This document shows, piece by piece, positions 31,363 to 54,880 of a stretch of 64,000 bases of DNA. Origin of the DNA: Salpingoeca rosetta (Eukaryota > Protista > Choanoflagellata). The position numbers were made by a program, and so were the translations under genes. Under the pieces are notes generated by a model. It was not told the origin of the DNA, searched no databases, and was given only the letters and a program-made list of their open reading frames with translations. The stretch is from NCBI GenBank assembly GCA_033442325.1, contig JAWQFM010000021.1:14290-78289 (forward strand). The letters run 5' to 3'. Within the stretch, counting starts at the first letter, position 1, and each line of letters opens with the position of its first letter.

Positions 31363-33288
31363 GGTGCGCGACACGGCGCGTGATCCGCGCGGCTGCCCTG
31401 GCGATGGCGACGCCATTGAGCTGCGGGAGACGTACTGGGCAAACTCGCTGGCCGGGTCCCGCCGCGGTGCGGGCTGAGAGACGGGCGACCACGCCTCGGC
31501 CGGCTGCTGGCGCGGCGTGGAGGGGAAGTCGCGCGGGTCGGCCACGTCTGCGTTGGCGACGGAGGACGCGCGGGAGCGGCGTGCAAGCTCCTCAGAGGTC
31601 ATGTACTCCGCACCGGTGTCCGCCCGCACATACACGGGGTCGCTCTCGTTCTCCTTGCACAGCACCGCGTACACGCCGTCGTCGCTGCGCAGGAGCGAGA
31701 TGTACCCGCCGTCAAACGCCGTGCTGTCCAGCTCCGTCAGCGACTCGTCTGGCGCCCGCCCGCCGCCGCCGCCCACGCCATCGTCGTCAACCTGCGTGTA
31801 CCCGTCGTCGGCGCGGTGCAGGTCAAAGTAGCGCCCGTCCTGCGTCTCCACCGTCACGTACATGTTCTCCCGCTGCGAGCCAACCTCTGCTCGGCGGTAC
31901 TGCCCGCCAGGGTTCTTCTCCATCACCACATATCGGTCGTGGGCGCGGTCCTGCTTGAGCAGCGTCACCAGCCGCTTGGCGTCCTGCGCCGCCTGCCCCG
32001 CCCCAAACTGCGGCTCAAGCTGCACCACTTTGCTCAGCACCTCCTTGAAGCACGACGACGGCAGCGTCAGCGGCAGCCCGTCCTCTCCGAGGTCGTCCGT
32101 CTCCACGCGCACATATGTGTCCGCGCCCAGCTGCTGCAGGTGCAGCGGCTCGGGTCGCGTCTTGAGCACGATGGAGAGGTCTGCCGGCAGCACCGCGGGC
32201 CGCCGCATGGGCTCCAGCCGAAAGTGCACAGAGCGCATGCGCACCAGCCGGAAGCAGTACAGGTCCGGCGGCGCTGATGACTGCGCCGCGGTGGCCGCGC
32301 CGGCCGTGGACGCCGAGGAGGAGGCGGAGGACACCCGCTTGCCGTTGGCGTGCTGCGCATCGCTGAAGCCGCCAATGCTGTCAATGCTGCCCATGCTGCT
32401 GGCATTGCTCAACCCGCCGTTGAAGTTGCCACTGCTCTTCTTCTTCTTCTTCGTTTTGTTATTGTTCGCCTTCTGCATGTTGCCCTTTCCCGCGTCGTCG
32501 CCGTCACTGCCGTGGCCGCCGTCACCGGGGTGTGCGGGCCGAACGGCGCCAATGCAGAATATGGTCAGGTCTCTGTCGTCGTGGTCGTCGGCGCGCGGCA
32601 GGATGGCGCCCACGTCAATGCGATCAAACAGCGTCACCGTCTGCATGCTGCCTGCGTCGTCCCCCAGCAGCAGCACGGGCTTGCCCATGAGCGTGTCCAC
32701 CACCATCACCTCGTCCTCCGTTGTCGCCGACCGCACGGCCTGGTACGCCTGGCCCTGGTTCCGCTTCAGCAGCACATACCCGCCCTTTGGTTTGCGCACG
32801 ACAATGGCGTGGTGCATGGCGCCGAGCTCCTTGGGCTGCAGCGGCCGCGCCACCGTGTACACCCCCGGCTCCGTGCGCACCAGCACCAGGTGGGACCCGT
32901 CGGTGCCCTCGTGCAGCACCACGGGCGGCTCGAGCTTCTCGCTCTCTGCCGTGCGCTGGCGGCGCAGGCGGCTGTACTCCGGCGTATGCCCGAGCTCCGT
33001 CTCCCGGATGTCGTACACCACGTTGTTGATCATGGACGGGCGCGACGTCGCATCGCCATACACGTAGTCCTCAAACCCGCTGCCCACGCCGTCCGCACGC
33101 CCGCGCTCGTGCTGGTGGTGGTGGTGTTGATGATGATGATGAGGATGATCGTGGTGGTGCGCGTATGTGGCGCTGGGGTTTGAGGTGAAGAGGGAGCTGC
33201 GGGGCGGTGAAACGTGTTCGTCACGTTTTGTCGCCTGCGGCTCGTGTTCAAAGTCACTTTTTCCATCCACATTGTCCGTTTGAGTCTG

Positions 33289-33328
<40 letters not shown>

Positions 33329-34635
33329 TGTGTGTGTGTGTGTGTGTGTGTGAGTGTGTGAGTGAGTGTGTGTGTGTGTGTGAGTGTGTGTGTGTGTGTG
33401 TGTGAGTGAGTGAGTGAGTAAGTGTGTGTGTGTAAGTGTATGCATGCACACGTCTCAACAGCGAGTTTTGGGACTTCTTGTGTTGACACGTGAGTCTGTT
33501 TCATGGCTTCCTACCCCAAAAGTGCTCAGTGCACTGTTCCAACCAAAGCGCGTGTACCTTGTCCTTGCTGCGTGAGCGAACGAGCAGCACTAGCGCTGCG
33601 ACGATGATGAGGAGCCCGACACCGCCGCCAACGGCACCGCCAACAATGACCGCCGTGTCTGACGATGCGCTCGTGGACCCGGCCGCACCTGATGCAAACA
33701 TCGCGGGGTGATGTGGTGGGGAGGGGGGGGGGGTGGAGGGTGAGGGATGAAGGAAGGCAAGGAGGGGTAGGAGGTGGAGTGGTGAGACACAATACCCATG
33801 GTACCGCACATCCAGTATGACACGTAGTTTTCCATGCACTGCAAGGACACACACACACGGAGGGACACACACACACATATGCACACGCACAAGCACACAT
33901 ATGCACATGCACATGCACAAACATCCAAACACAGACGTATAGACACACGGAGGCACACACGCACATGCATACGCACACACACATATGCACACGCACAAGC
34001 ACACATGCACATGCACACGCACACAAACATCCAAACACAGCACACAATTTACTCCCATGCACGTACGTTGAGATGAGAAGGAGGTGCAGGTGCAGTTGGT
34101 GCAGCCGGAAGTGCTGGTGAGGGACAAGGTCGCATCGGTAAAGGCGCTCCCAAGCCGCTGCAGGTCCTGCATGGACGCAGTGCTGTTCGTAAACGAGACG
34201 GCGCCACAATACAGCAGGGTCACATCCGCCTCGCTGTCTGGCGTGATGCGCGTGCGGAACACGGCAGAGGGCGATTCGGAGAGCTGCTCTGTCAGTAGGC
34301 CATAGTCGCTGGCGGGGAGGCGGCCGACCTCCAAGGAGAGCTGGTTGGAGATGAACGAGCGGTAGCTGGAGCGCATGCTGCTGGTCCACGGCGGCGTCAC
34401 GCCCTCGACACTCGTCACCACCACAATGGACCCCAGCGGCGCAGCAGTCGTCGTCGGCGCCTCAGTGGTGGTCGTCGTGTCGCCACAGTCTGTTGCACGC
34501 GATACGTGGACGGAAGCATGTAGGTGAGCGGGTGGGGGGAGGTGTCGTTTGATGGGGTGAGGCGGCATGTCAACTCGTGCGGTTGGGGGGGGGGGCAATG
34601 GCACTTCCACGCATGCGGATGCATCCACGCACACG

Positions 34636-34667
<32 letters not shown>

Positions 34668-36219
34668 CACACACACAGCGCACAAAGACAGACAGACAGG
34701 CAGACAGGCAGACAGGCAGGCACACACGCAGAGCAATGTCCAAAGGTTGAAGAGGGGGAACGCTACATTTAATAAGTACCAGTAACTTATTCCACCCCAC
34801 AACTCGCAGTCGCCTCGGAGCAAGACAGGATGCACGGTGAGTTTAGATACCCCCTCGTTAAGGCTATCTCGCACACTAATCCAGTTACTTGTGAACATGT
34901 AAAACACACCTGTTCGTCTGACCGGCTGAGGAGGAATGAATAGGTTAGAAACCCTTGTGGCAGTGTTCCACAAATTTTGATGCCAAAGTGCAGTACGTGT
35001 TAATATTTGCTGTATTCTGAGTCACACACACACACACGCAACACACACACACACACACAGCCACACAGCCACACAGACACACAGACACACAGACACACAG
35101 CCACACAGACACACAGACACACACACACACACATACAGACACACACATACACATACACAGCCACAGACATAATCCCCCAAGCCACTCCCACCCCTCTCCC
35201 CCTTCTCTCTCTCTCTCACTCATCTGAGTGACACACGTACCGACAATCTCCGTCTCGACAAGGACGGGGTCGCCGCACGTGCCGAAGCAGCTGGCGGTGC
35301 ACTCTGTGGCCTCCCGCGTGCGGTTGCGTTCCCCGCAGGGCCGGCTCCACTCGGACCAGCTCGTGTACTTCCAAAACCCGTCAACAGGGCAGCACTGGTT
35401 GATGGTACACACGCGCGTGTCCTGGTCGACGGTGCCCACGGGTTGCCCGTCGCAGCCCTCCGCGCCGCCGCAGGACGCCGCCTGGCACGTGCGGGTGCGC
35501 GTCTCCAAGCCGTTTTCACACGTGACGGAGCACTGGGACCAGCCGGACCACGCGGTCCACGTCGAGTCCACCGCGCAGCACGGCTCGGGCTCGCACACCA
35601 GGTGCCGCGTCTGCGTTGTGCCCACGCTGGTGAAGTTGCACTGGTTGCCTGGGGTTAGCGACACGGCGCTGGCGTTGCAGGGGTTGCTGCCCAGATAGAT
35701 GCAGTCCCGCGACTCTGGCCGGGTTCCGTTGATTCCCGACGCGCACACGGCGTCGCAGGAACCGCTCGAGGTCCACGATGTCCACGTCGGGAGGTCGCAG
35801 CATGTGCTGTCCACGCACTCCTGGCTGATGCCGCACTGCGTGGCTGTCGTGCACGACTGTGTTTGGCCCCGTGCCACGTCGCCGTGCGACAGCAGGACGG
35901 TGGTGGCAAGGAACACGGCGCAGCACACCAGCACCAGCCGCGCGCGCTGCGCCACGCCGTGTACAGTGGTGGTTGTGGTTGTTGCAGCAGAGGAAGTGGC
36001 ACACGCATCGTCGTCTGGGTGCTGGGTGTTGTTGCGTCGGCGTGGGCTGCTACAGGGTGCCTGTTGCTTGTGTTGCAGCACAGCTCTTCTTCTTCTTGTT
36101 CTTCTTCTTCTTGTGCTGCTGTTCCTTCTGCTGCTTGTGTTGTGTGTGCCTGTGTGTGGCAGCGTGGTTGTTGGAACAGCGCCGCACGCGGCTGCTGTGT
36201 TCAAAACGCGCTGTCTCAT
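30328..36219 (-). CDS. Single-pass receptor-like protein: TSP1 repeats, TM, Tyr-rich cytoplasmic region, degenerate C-terminal SH2
   Basis: Four in-phase exons (36219-35241, 34489-34067, 33688-33558, 33285-30328). TSP1 motifs [25 protein letters not shown] and [40 protein letters not shown], terminal [34 protein letters not shown]. Start codon is tentative. Confidence 0.8.
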
Positions 36220-37367
36220 GCCTTGCTGTGCCTGGTTGGTTGCTGGGTTGGAGCCGTTTTGCTTTGAGGCAGCAACAGCAACGGCACAAGCCTGAGCGCG
36301 CTTGATTACTGAGCGTGAGATGGAGGGGGGTTCTTGTGGTGGGTGTGGTTTCCAGCCAGCAGGGCGCTCTGTTGAGGGTGGGGGCAAGGCCGCTGCCTTT
36401 GCTGTAAGGCAGGGAGGGTGTGGTTTTGCTGTTTTTGCTTCCTTCGCAGCTGGATGTGCGCAAACACACGCACACACCACCAGAAATCACAATCACACGG
36501 CCCTCACGTTGTCACACACAACAACAACAACAACAACAACAAACACGCCCAACTTTGCTGTGTGTGTGTGTGTGGGCGGGGAAGATGGACAACGGATAAA
36601 CTCGCTCCCACCACCACGCTGCTTGTGCTTCTTGTTGTCCCCCCCACCTTGCCTGCTCACCTTACATACGCATGGAATTCAGGCCTACAATAATAATTTT
36701 TGTGATGTGATTAGAAAACGACACGCATGGCGCGAATAGAAAATTCGCCACGATTTCACTAGAATAGCGGTCCTTGCTGCACAAACGCAGGCCGGCCGTG
36801 TTTCCGTTCCTTCTTTCCACCAACCACTTCGCTTGCGTCGTGATTGTTGTCGCGTTGTGTCTGCACCACCACTTCTCCTTCTCCTGCTCCTGCTGCTCCT
36901 TTTCTTTCCGCTCGGTGCCACCAGCCAGCAACAGCCAGCCAGCAACAGTCATCACGGGCCAGCACCTGCACCAGCACCTTGAAGCAGAAGCCCCTCTCAG
37001 CCGCAGCTCCAGAGAGCCCACTCTTTTCTGTGCAAGGCTCCATCCTTTGCCAATCGCATTCCCGCACAGCCACACTGCACACGACGCACATCATTGTTCT
37101 TGGTTGGTTGGTGCTTGCCAAGAGCAACCTGAGTTCACAACAAGTACACCAGCCAACAAGCAGTTCTCTGAGTGTACTCCGTGACAGCGGTGCCTGAGTC
37201 TGTGTGTGCGCGCGTGAGCGGACATACTCTTTCCCTTTCCAAAGCTTGTGTGTGTGTGTGTTTTTTTTTTTTTTTCTTTTCTCTTCTCTTCCACTCGGCC
37301 ACTTCCATTTGTTGCTCTTGGTACTGTAGCCAAGCAGAGCGTTTGCGTGCTTCACCTAACCTGCTGG

Positions 37368-40300
37368 ATGGGTGACAGTGTCGCAACTTCCAGTGTGCAG
37401 CTTCCTCACGGCGGCAAACACGTCATCAAGGTACCGCACAGACCACGTGCATGTGTGTACTTGTCGTGTGTACTTGTGTGAGCTGCTTTGCCTTGTGCCA
37501 TGAACCGTGTCGCGTGTTGTGATGTGCCATGTGTCGCGTGTACCTGCAGCTGTGCACAGCTCATCACAGATAACCCTCCCCCTCTCTCTGTGGTTGCTTA
37601 TAACCCCCCCCCCACACACACACACACACACAACCTGCCACTGCTTCCAATCAACGAACTATACTGGGCACTCACTCACTGACACTACTGCGCTTGTCTG
37701 CCTTGCCTGGCTGTTTTCGCCTGCACTGCCGCACCCAACCACCGTGATCCAGATTGTGCGCAGCGCCAAGCCTGGTTCAGCATCGCTGCTTCCACTGGCT
37801 CGCCCTCTCCGCGTGAAATCGGCTCAGGAGACAGCCTCGACGGCATCAGCGTCATCAACGCCAGCCACTGCCGCCACCAAAACCAACAACAGCACTAACC
37901 AGCCAGCGGCGTTTCCAGCCGGTGCCCAGCACTTTGACGATTCCACCGCTTTTGGCCGCAACCTGCTTCCAGACCCAGACGACTCCTTTGTCATGTAAGC
38001 TGCAGACCCCACACAGTCACCTTCATATACTCTTTGTTGCCACACTACACACTGTTCACACCACACGCACACACGCACACACACACAACTCACGCTATAT
38101 TACACTACATGCACACACAGCATACACAACTCACGGTACTGCACTACACACACACGCACACACGCACGCACACACTACTCACGCTATATTACACTACACG
38201 CACACACATACTCATACACACATACAGGGGTATGCACTATGGGCGCGAGCACGCCATCAACGGCCCCAAGCAAGACGACTCCGCCACAGCAGTTGGCGCT
38301 CCACCAACAGCATCGGCCGCCACAGCCACATCACCAGCAGCAGCAGCAGCAGCTGTCGCCAAGGCCAAGCAGGACCATCCCCCAACAACAACAACAGCTG
38401 CTGCAGCAACCAAAGCGGTCCAGCCCTCCAAGACGCAGCCCAAGCCAACCACCATGGCGAGAACCACCCCTGCAGTGTCATCATCGTCGTCGTCGGCCAC
38501 AGCTGCGCTCCAGAGCAAGCTGCAAGTGAACTGGGCCACCACTGCCACCACCACCAACAGCGGCAGCGGCACCACCGCGAACACCGGCAAGCGCCCGCCG
38601 TCTCGCACGGCGTCCACCACCCAGTCGGCGGCGATTGTGATGGCCATGCACAACAACAGCGGCGCGATGGGCGACGACAGCCGCCGCAACTCTGTGTTTG
38701 CGGAGCCGTCAGGCCCGCCCATGACGCAGGCGGAGCGCATCCGGGCACGCGCGCGCAGCATCCAGCAGATGATGAGCCAGCGCAGCACAGCACGCCGCGT
38801 CAGCTTCAGGCACGACGAGGACCCGCGGTCGTTCTTCAACGAGACAGTGATGGACAGGCTGTATGCGGAGCTCACAGCGCACGATCGCCGCCAGCTCGCA
38901 GCGGTGAAGCATGAAGAGGCGGCGCGCGCACGCGAGGACGCAGCGGCGATGCTGAAGCGCTGGAAGCAGGACGAGGACCCCAAGCTCAAGGCCGTGTTTG
39001 ATGCCGGGGACAGGCGTGCAGAGGAGGTGTTGGTGGAAGTGTCGTCGGCGCCGTCGTCGCCCGAGGAGGACAACACACAGGACGCAGAGCAGCGCATTGC
39101 AGAGATGGAGCAGCAGCTGGAGACGATGAAGGAGAGGTACAGGGCAGCGCAGCGCCAGGTATACACGTGTGTGTTTGTCTGTGTGTTGTTTGTGTCTGTG
39201 GTAGGTGTGTGTGGTGGTTGTTTGTGTCTGTATATTTATATATGTGTGTGTTTGCGTGTGTGTTTGTGTGTATGCGTGTGTTTGCGTGTATGTGCGCGTT
39301 GTGTATGTGTTGTGTGTGTTAGTTGTGGTGCCTTCCGCATGATCACACCGTACATCTGTCTTGTGCTGCGCCTGCTTACACTCACCCCATTCATCACTGC
39401 TCGTTTCACCATCCCCTCCACCCCCTCCACCCCCTCCTCCTCCCGTCTTATCTCGGCATCCGCTTCAAAGATGGAGCTGGCGCGCCGTGCAGAGCTCGCC
39501 GCCAGCCGCAGCAGCAGCCGCGCCAACAACAACACCACCAACAACAGCAGCAACAGCGACGACGACAGCAAGTCTGCCCTCAACGATGCCGACGAGAACA
39601 GCAACAGCGCCCCCGACAGCTACTTTGTGCCGCTCGCCCTTCGCCGCGCACAGCGGACGCGGACGCGGGCGAGCCAGCGGGTTGACGGCGGCGACGGGAG
39701 CGAGCAGGCGTCGCGCAGTGAGAGCAGGATGTCCACGCGCCGGTCGCGCCGGCAGGGGGGCCGTGCATCAGCCAACGCCCGCACGCGTGACGATGGTGGC
39801 GAGGATGAGGATGGCCGGGGCGCTGGTGATGAGCGGGGGCGGCAGTCCACCAGCAGCAGCGGTAGCGGCAAGACGGGCGATGATGATGATGATGATGGCG
39901 GTGATGTCAACGGTGATGTCAACGGTGATGGGGATCAGCAGCAGGCGAAGGACGACGCCCCAACAGCGGCCGCAGCCGGCGGTGAGGAGGACTGCGACCC
40001 CGCAGATGACGATGGTGCTGGTGCTGCTGCTGCTGATGATGATGATGACGGAAACAACGATTACGGTGGTGATGGTGACGATGATGACGATGATGATGAT
40101 GACGATGGTGGTCATGGGGAGCAGGCGCGGAAGCGCAGCAAGACGGACGGCGACGTGAAGAGCGAGCAGACTGGCTCCCCGACCGCCGGCAGCACGGTCG
40201 ATGCCGAAGATGACGAAGACGCCAAGCAGCCGTATGAGGAGGAAGCGGCGGACGATGAGGCCAGCCCCTCCCCCAAACCCGCGCGTGACCGCAGCAGGGC

Positions 40301-41035
40301 CCGCCGGAAGGTGCGGCGCACACGCGCGTCGCCGCCGCACGAGATTGCAGCCCTCGGCGTTGGCGAAGACATTGACGACATTGAGGGCGGTGACGTGACG
40401 GCGGTCTCTGCCCGCGCCCGTCGGCAGCAGGCGCGCCACTTCAACCAGCTCGCCCGCCGCCGCCAGGCCGCCACCGCCACCACCGCAGACACGTCTGCCG
40501 ACGACACGGGCGCAAGCACCTCTGCCTCTGCCCAGCCGAGTCCACGCAAGTCGCGGGAGACGCGGCGCCGCAGCCGAGCCAACAGCGGGCGGGCGTCGGC
40601 GGACCACTCGCGCGCACCGCAGGGCTTCACGGCATCGCAGCCGAATCTGGTGCAGCGGCCCCACGCGCGCCGCGGACAGCACAACGCAGACGCTGGTGGC
40701 GCCACGCCGGGCGGCTCGCGGGCAACGACGCCGAGCAGCGGGGAGAACACGCCGCGGACGTCTCGGACAAGCGGCAGCGGCCGGGCCTCGCGCACAAAGG
40801 GGAAGGTCTACGTATGCGAGAAGTGCGGACGGACGTTTGGGCACCCACCGGCATACTCGCAACACGTGCGCTCGCACAGCAAAGGGCGCGCTAGCACAAG
40901 CAGCAACAACGGCGACAACGACGCCTCAAAGCGGCGAGCAAGCGACGAAAGCAGGTTCGACCGTTGTGTACGTGTGATGGGTTGTTTGGTTGTTTGGTTG
41001 TTGGGTTGTTTGTTTGGTTCGTTGGTTGTGCGTGC

Positions 41036-41089
<54 letters not shown>

Positions 41090-41269
41090 CTGGCACCTGG
41101 TTGCGTGACGTTCATATGTGTGTGTGTGTGTGTGGTTGTGTGCGTGCCTCTAACACAGCCTCTACACCACCACCACAATCTCATTTGCCCGCTGTTCTTG
41201 CGCTCTTTATGCCACCGCACGTGCAGTGAGGGACCGGCGAGCAAGCGCCGCAAGGGCCGCAGGCGCTGA
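37368..41269 (+). CDS. Low-complexity nuclear protein with a coiled coil and a single C2H2 zinc finger
   Basis: Exons from MGDSVATSS to SEGPASKRRKGRRR*. C2H2 finger YVCEKCGRTFGHPPAYSQHVRSH (~40809-40877), coiled coil AEQRIAEMEQQLETMKERY and basic NLS-like C-terminus. Confidence 0.7.
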
Positions 41270-41777
41270 CAGGAAATAGCCTGCACGCATGGCCCCATGA
41301 GAGAGAAAAACAAAAACCCTGTCGGATGCCACCGTGTTCGTGTTGACTTGAATCGTTTGCTCGTTTGCCGCTTTCGCTCGCTCGCTCGTTCGCTGGCTTG
41401 CTTGCTTGCTTGCTTATGTGCTTGGAGTGGTAATCGTGCTTGTTTGACAGCTGGCTATTTCGCCGCTAGTGTTGTTTAGGCATTTGTTTGTGTACTCGAT
41501 CCGTGAAGAGTAATGCAGTTATGTTGTCGTTGTTGTGTGTTGCCGCGCTGTTTTGTTTGGAATGTGTTGTTCATGTGGTATTGTGCTCCCGCGTTCCTGG
41601 CTTTGCTCGCTGTTGTATTGGTTGTTAATGGTTGATTGATTCACTTCTTCATTTCCTAATTGAATAGCTCATCGACGCAAGATGTGCTGCTGTATCAAAC
41701 ACATACACGCAAGCACACACACACACACACAGACACACACACACACACACACAGACACACACACAAGAAGATATTAA

Positions 41778-52278
<10,501 letters not shown>

Positions 52279-52471
52279 CAAGCAGCTGTCGCTGAGGGAC
52301 ACGGCGTGCAACAACCACGAGACGAGGGTGGGCGAGCGGAGGGTGGGAGCGGAGAAGAGAGCAGAGGGAGCAGAGCAAGGTGAGAGGTGAGCAACGTCCG
52401 TTGTTTTTGTTTGGGCAAAGTCCTGAATATTTGCTGCTATCTTCATATAATTTTCAGCAAGCGCACGGACG

Positions 52472-54408
52472 ATGATGTGGGTGCACTCATGTGCTGCTGG
52501 TGGCGCTGCGAGTGGCAATGTTGTGGTGCGGCGCATTGATGTCGAGCCGCTCGCTGCGGCCATCAGCAAGCTGGTCTTGGAGGTAGCGACAGCAGCATGC
52601 CACCCTACAACACTGTCTTTGCCCAGCACACGTAAGTTGCATGACGTAGGGACGCGTGTGGATGTGTGCGTGTGCGTCTGTGTCTGTATGTGTGTTTGCA
52701 TGTGTGTCTGTGTGCGCATGCGTGTACGCGTGTGTGTTTGCATGTATGTTTGCATGTGTGTCTGTGTGCGCATGCGTGTACGCGTGTGTGTCCCTCCCTG
52801 CCTCTGCATCTCTATCTGTGTCTCTCTGTGTGTTCGTGGTCGCGCAGTCCCACCTTTGCTTGGTGACCACCTTGCACCCGCTTTTCTAACACGAGCTGTT
52901 GTTGGTTGACAACAGTGGAGACGTGCGTGGCTGTTGCAGTGTGCATGGACAACGGCGTGGAGTTGGTGGCGAGCGAGGTGGCAGTGATTGAGGCTGGACT
53001 GACGCTTGTGCCAGTCGCACCCGACTGCACGCTGGAGGAAGCTCGCCATCGCATCATCAACACTGTTCCTGTGGTCGCGGCCCTCGCTGATCTACAAGGC
53101 GCCACATCCGCACTGGCTGCGCTGTGCCAAGAGCACGGTATCCCGATCCTTCTTGTGGAAGAACAGTGCTCACGCGATACTGCTGCTGCTGCTAAGGACA
53201 GCGAAAAACAACGTGGCTGCACGTGGTCTCTCTCCCTCCAGCAGCCGCCATCTGCCGCAACACACGTGCACGTTTGCACACAAATAGCCACGATGCATGA
53301 TCACGATGACAGTGGAATCAGCACCAGCACCAGCACATCACGTGGTGGGTGTGCTCATGGCCTGCAGAGGTTGGACAATCACGCGGTAAACGACGACGAC
53401 AACGATGACGACGACGACGACAACCACCACCACCACCACCACCACCACCACCACCACGACGGCGACGACGAAGCTGATGTTAACCACGTGAGCCATATCT
53501 TCTTCACTTCCGGGAGTACGGGTTTGCCGAAAGCCTGCGCAGTGACACGCCGCACATTGCTCGAGGCTGTACATAACCAGCGCACGACATTCAACATCAG
53601 CGCCAACTCTGCTGTGTTCCTCGGCTCCACCATCACCTTCGACCCATCGCTCTGTGACATTTTCATGGCCCGCGCAGCCGACGCTACTGTCGCCGTGGCC
53701 CCGCGGCACCTCATGCTCACGTCGCTGCCGGAGTGCCTGCAGGCAACGCGTGCCACACACATCTGCACCACGCCAACCCTGCTGCAGTCCTACCCACGCG
53801 CGGCACTGTGTCCTGCAACGCTGCCAGCACTGCGCACAGTCGCGCTTGGTGGGGAGCCAATGGCGCCGCTGACGGCTGCGACGTGGGGCACGGCGCCAGC
53901 ACAACACCGATGTCGGCTCTTCAACGTGTACGGCGTCACGGAGTGCTGCGGGTACCAGTCTGCGCTTGAGATTGAAAACCCTGCCTCAGGTGCTATTGCG
54001 CAGCAGGCCCCGGGTGAAAAGCAGCAGCAGCCACACCAACCGCACCAATCGCTGCCCGTGCACCGGTGTGTTGGAGGCGCGATGGGTACAGCACGGCTGC
54101 TGCTGGTCAAGAACCACAAGCACGTCAGCGCCAAGATCACAGCGTTGCTTAACGGTGATGATGGTAGCGGCAGCAGTCGTGGTCGTGGCGATGAAGGATG
54201 TCGTGGAGGTGAGGACGGTTACAGCGGAGATGAGAGTGATGGCAATGCGTGTAGCAGCAACAATGGTCATTCTGACGCTGTTCCAGCAGCACAGCGGCGC
54301 TGGCCCGTGCTGGCAAAGGAGTACGTTGAGGTGGTGTCGCCGTCAACACGTCATGCTGCAACTGGAGAAGTATGGGTTGTTGGAGGACAAATGGGTCTTG
54401 GATACATC

Positions 54409-54441
<33 letters not shown>

Positions 54442-54843
54442 CACACACACACAACATAGTGGCCGCCCGTTTAGTCGCACCAATCGCTGCCCGTGCACCG
54501 GTGTGTTGGAGGCGCGATGGGTACAGCACGGCTGCTGCTGGTCAAGAACCACAAGCACGTCAGCGCCAAGATCACAGCGTTGCTTAACGGTGATGATGGT
54601 AGCGGCAGCAGTCGTGGTCGTGGCGATGAAGGATGTCGTGGAGGTGAGGACGGTTACAGCGGAGATGAGAGTGATGGCAATGCGTGTAGCAGCAACAATG
54701 GTCATTCTGACGCTGTTCCAGCAGCACAGCGGCGCTGGCCCGTGCTGGCAAAGGAGTACGTTGAGGTGGTGTCGCCGTCAACACGTCATGCTGCAACTGG
54801 AGAAGTATGGGTTGTTGGAGGACAAATGGGTCTTGGATACATC

Positions 54844-54880
<37 letters not shown>

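Noticed and set aside
34730-35020. High-complexity AT-richer island in a receptor intron, considered as a mobile element or hidden exon
   Set aside because: No terminal repeats or recognisable coding signal; flanking exons join in phase without it; may be low-quality sequence
36728-36750. Imperfect inverted repeat TGGCGCGAAT-AGAAA-ATTCGCCA considered as a structured ncRNA
   Set aside because: Too short and no RNA-family features; more simply a promoter motif
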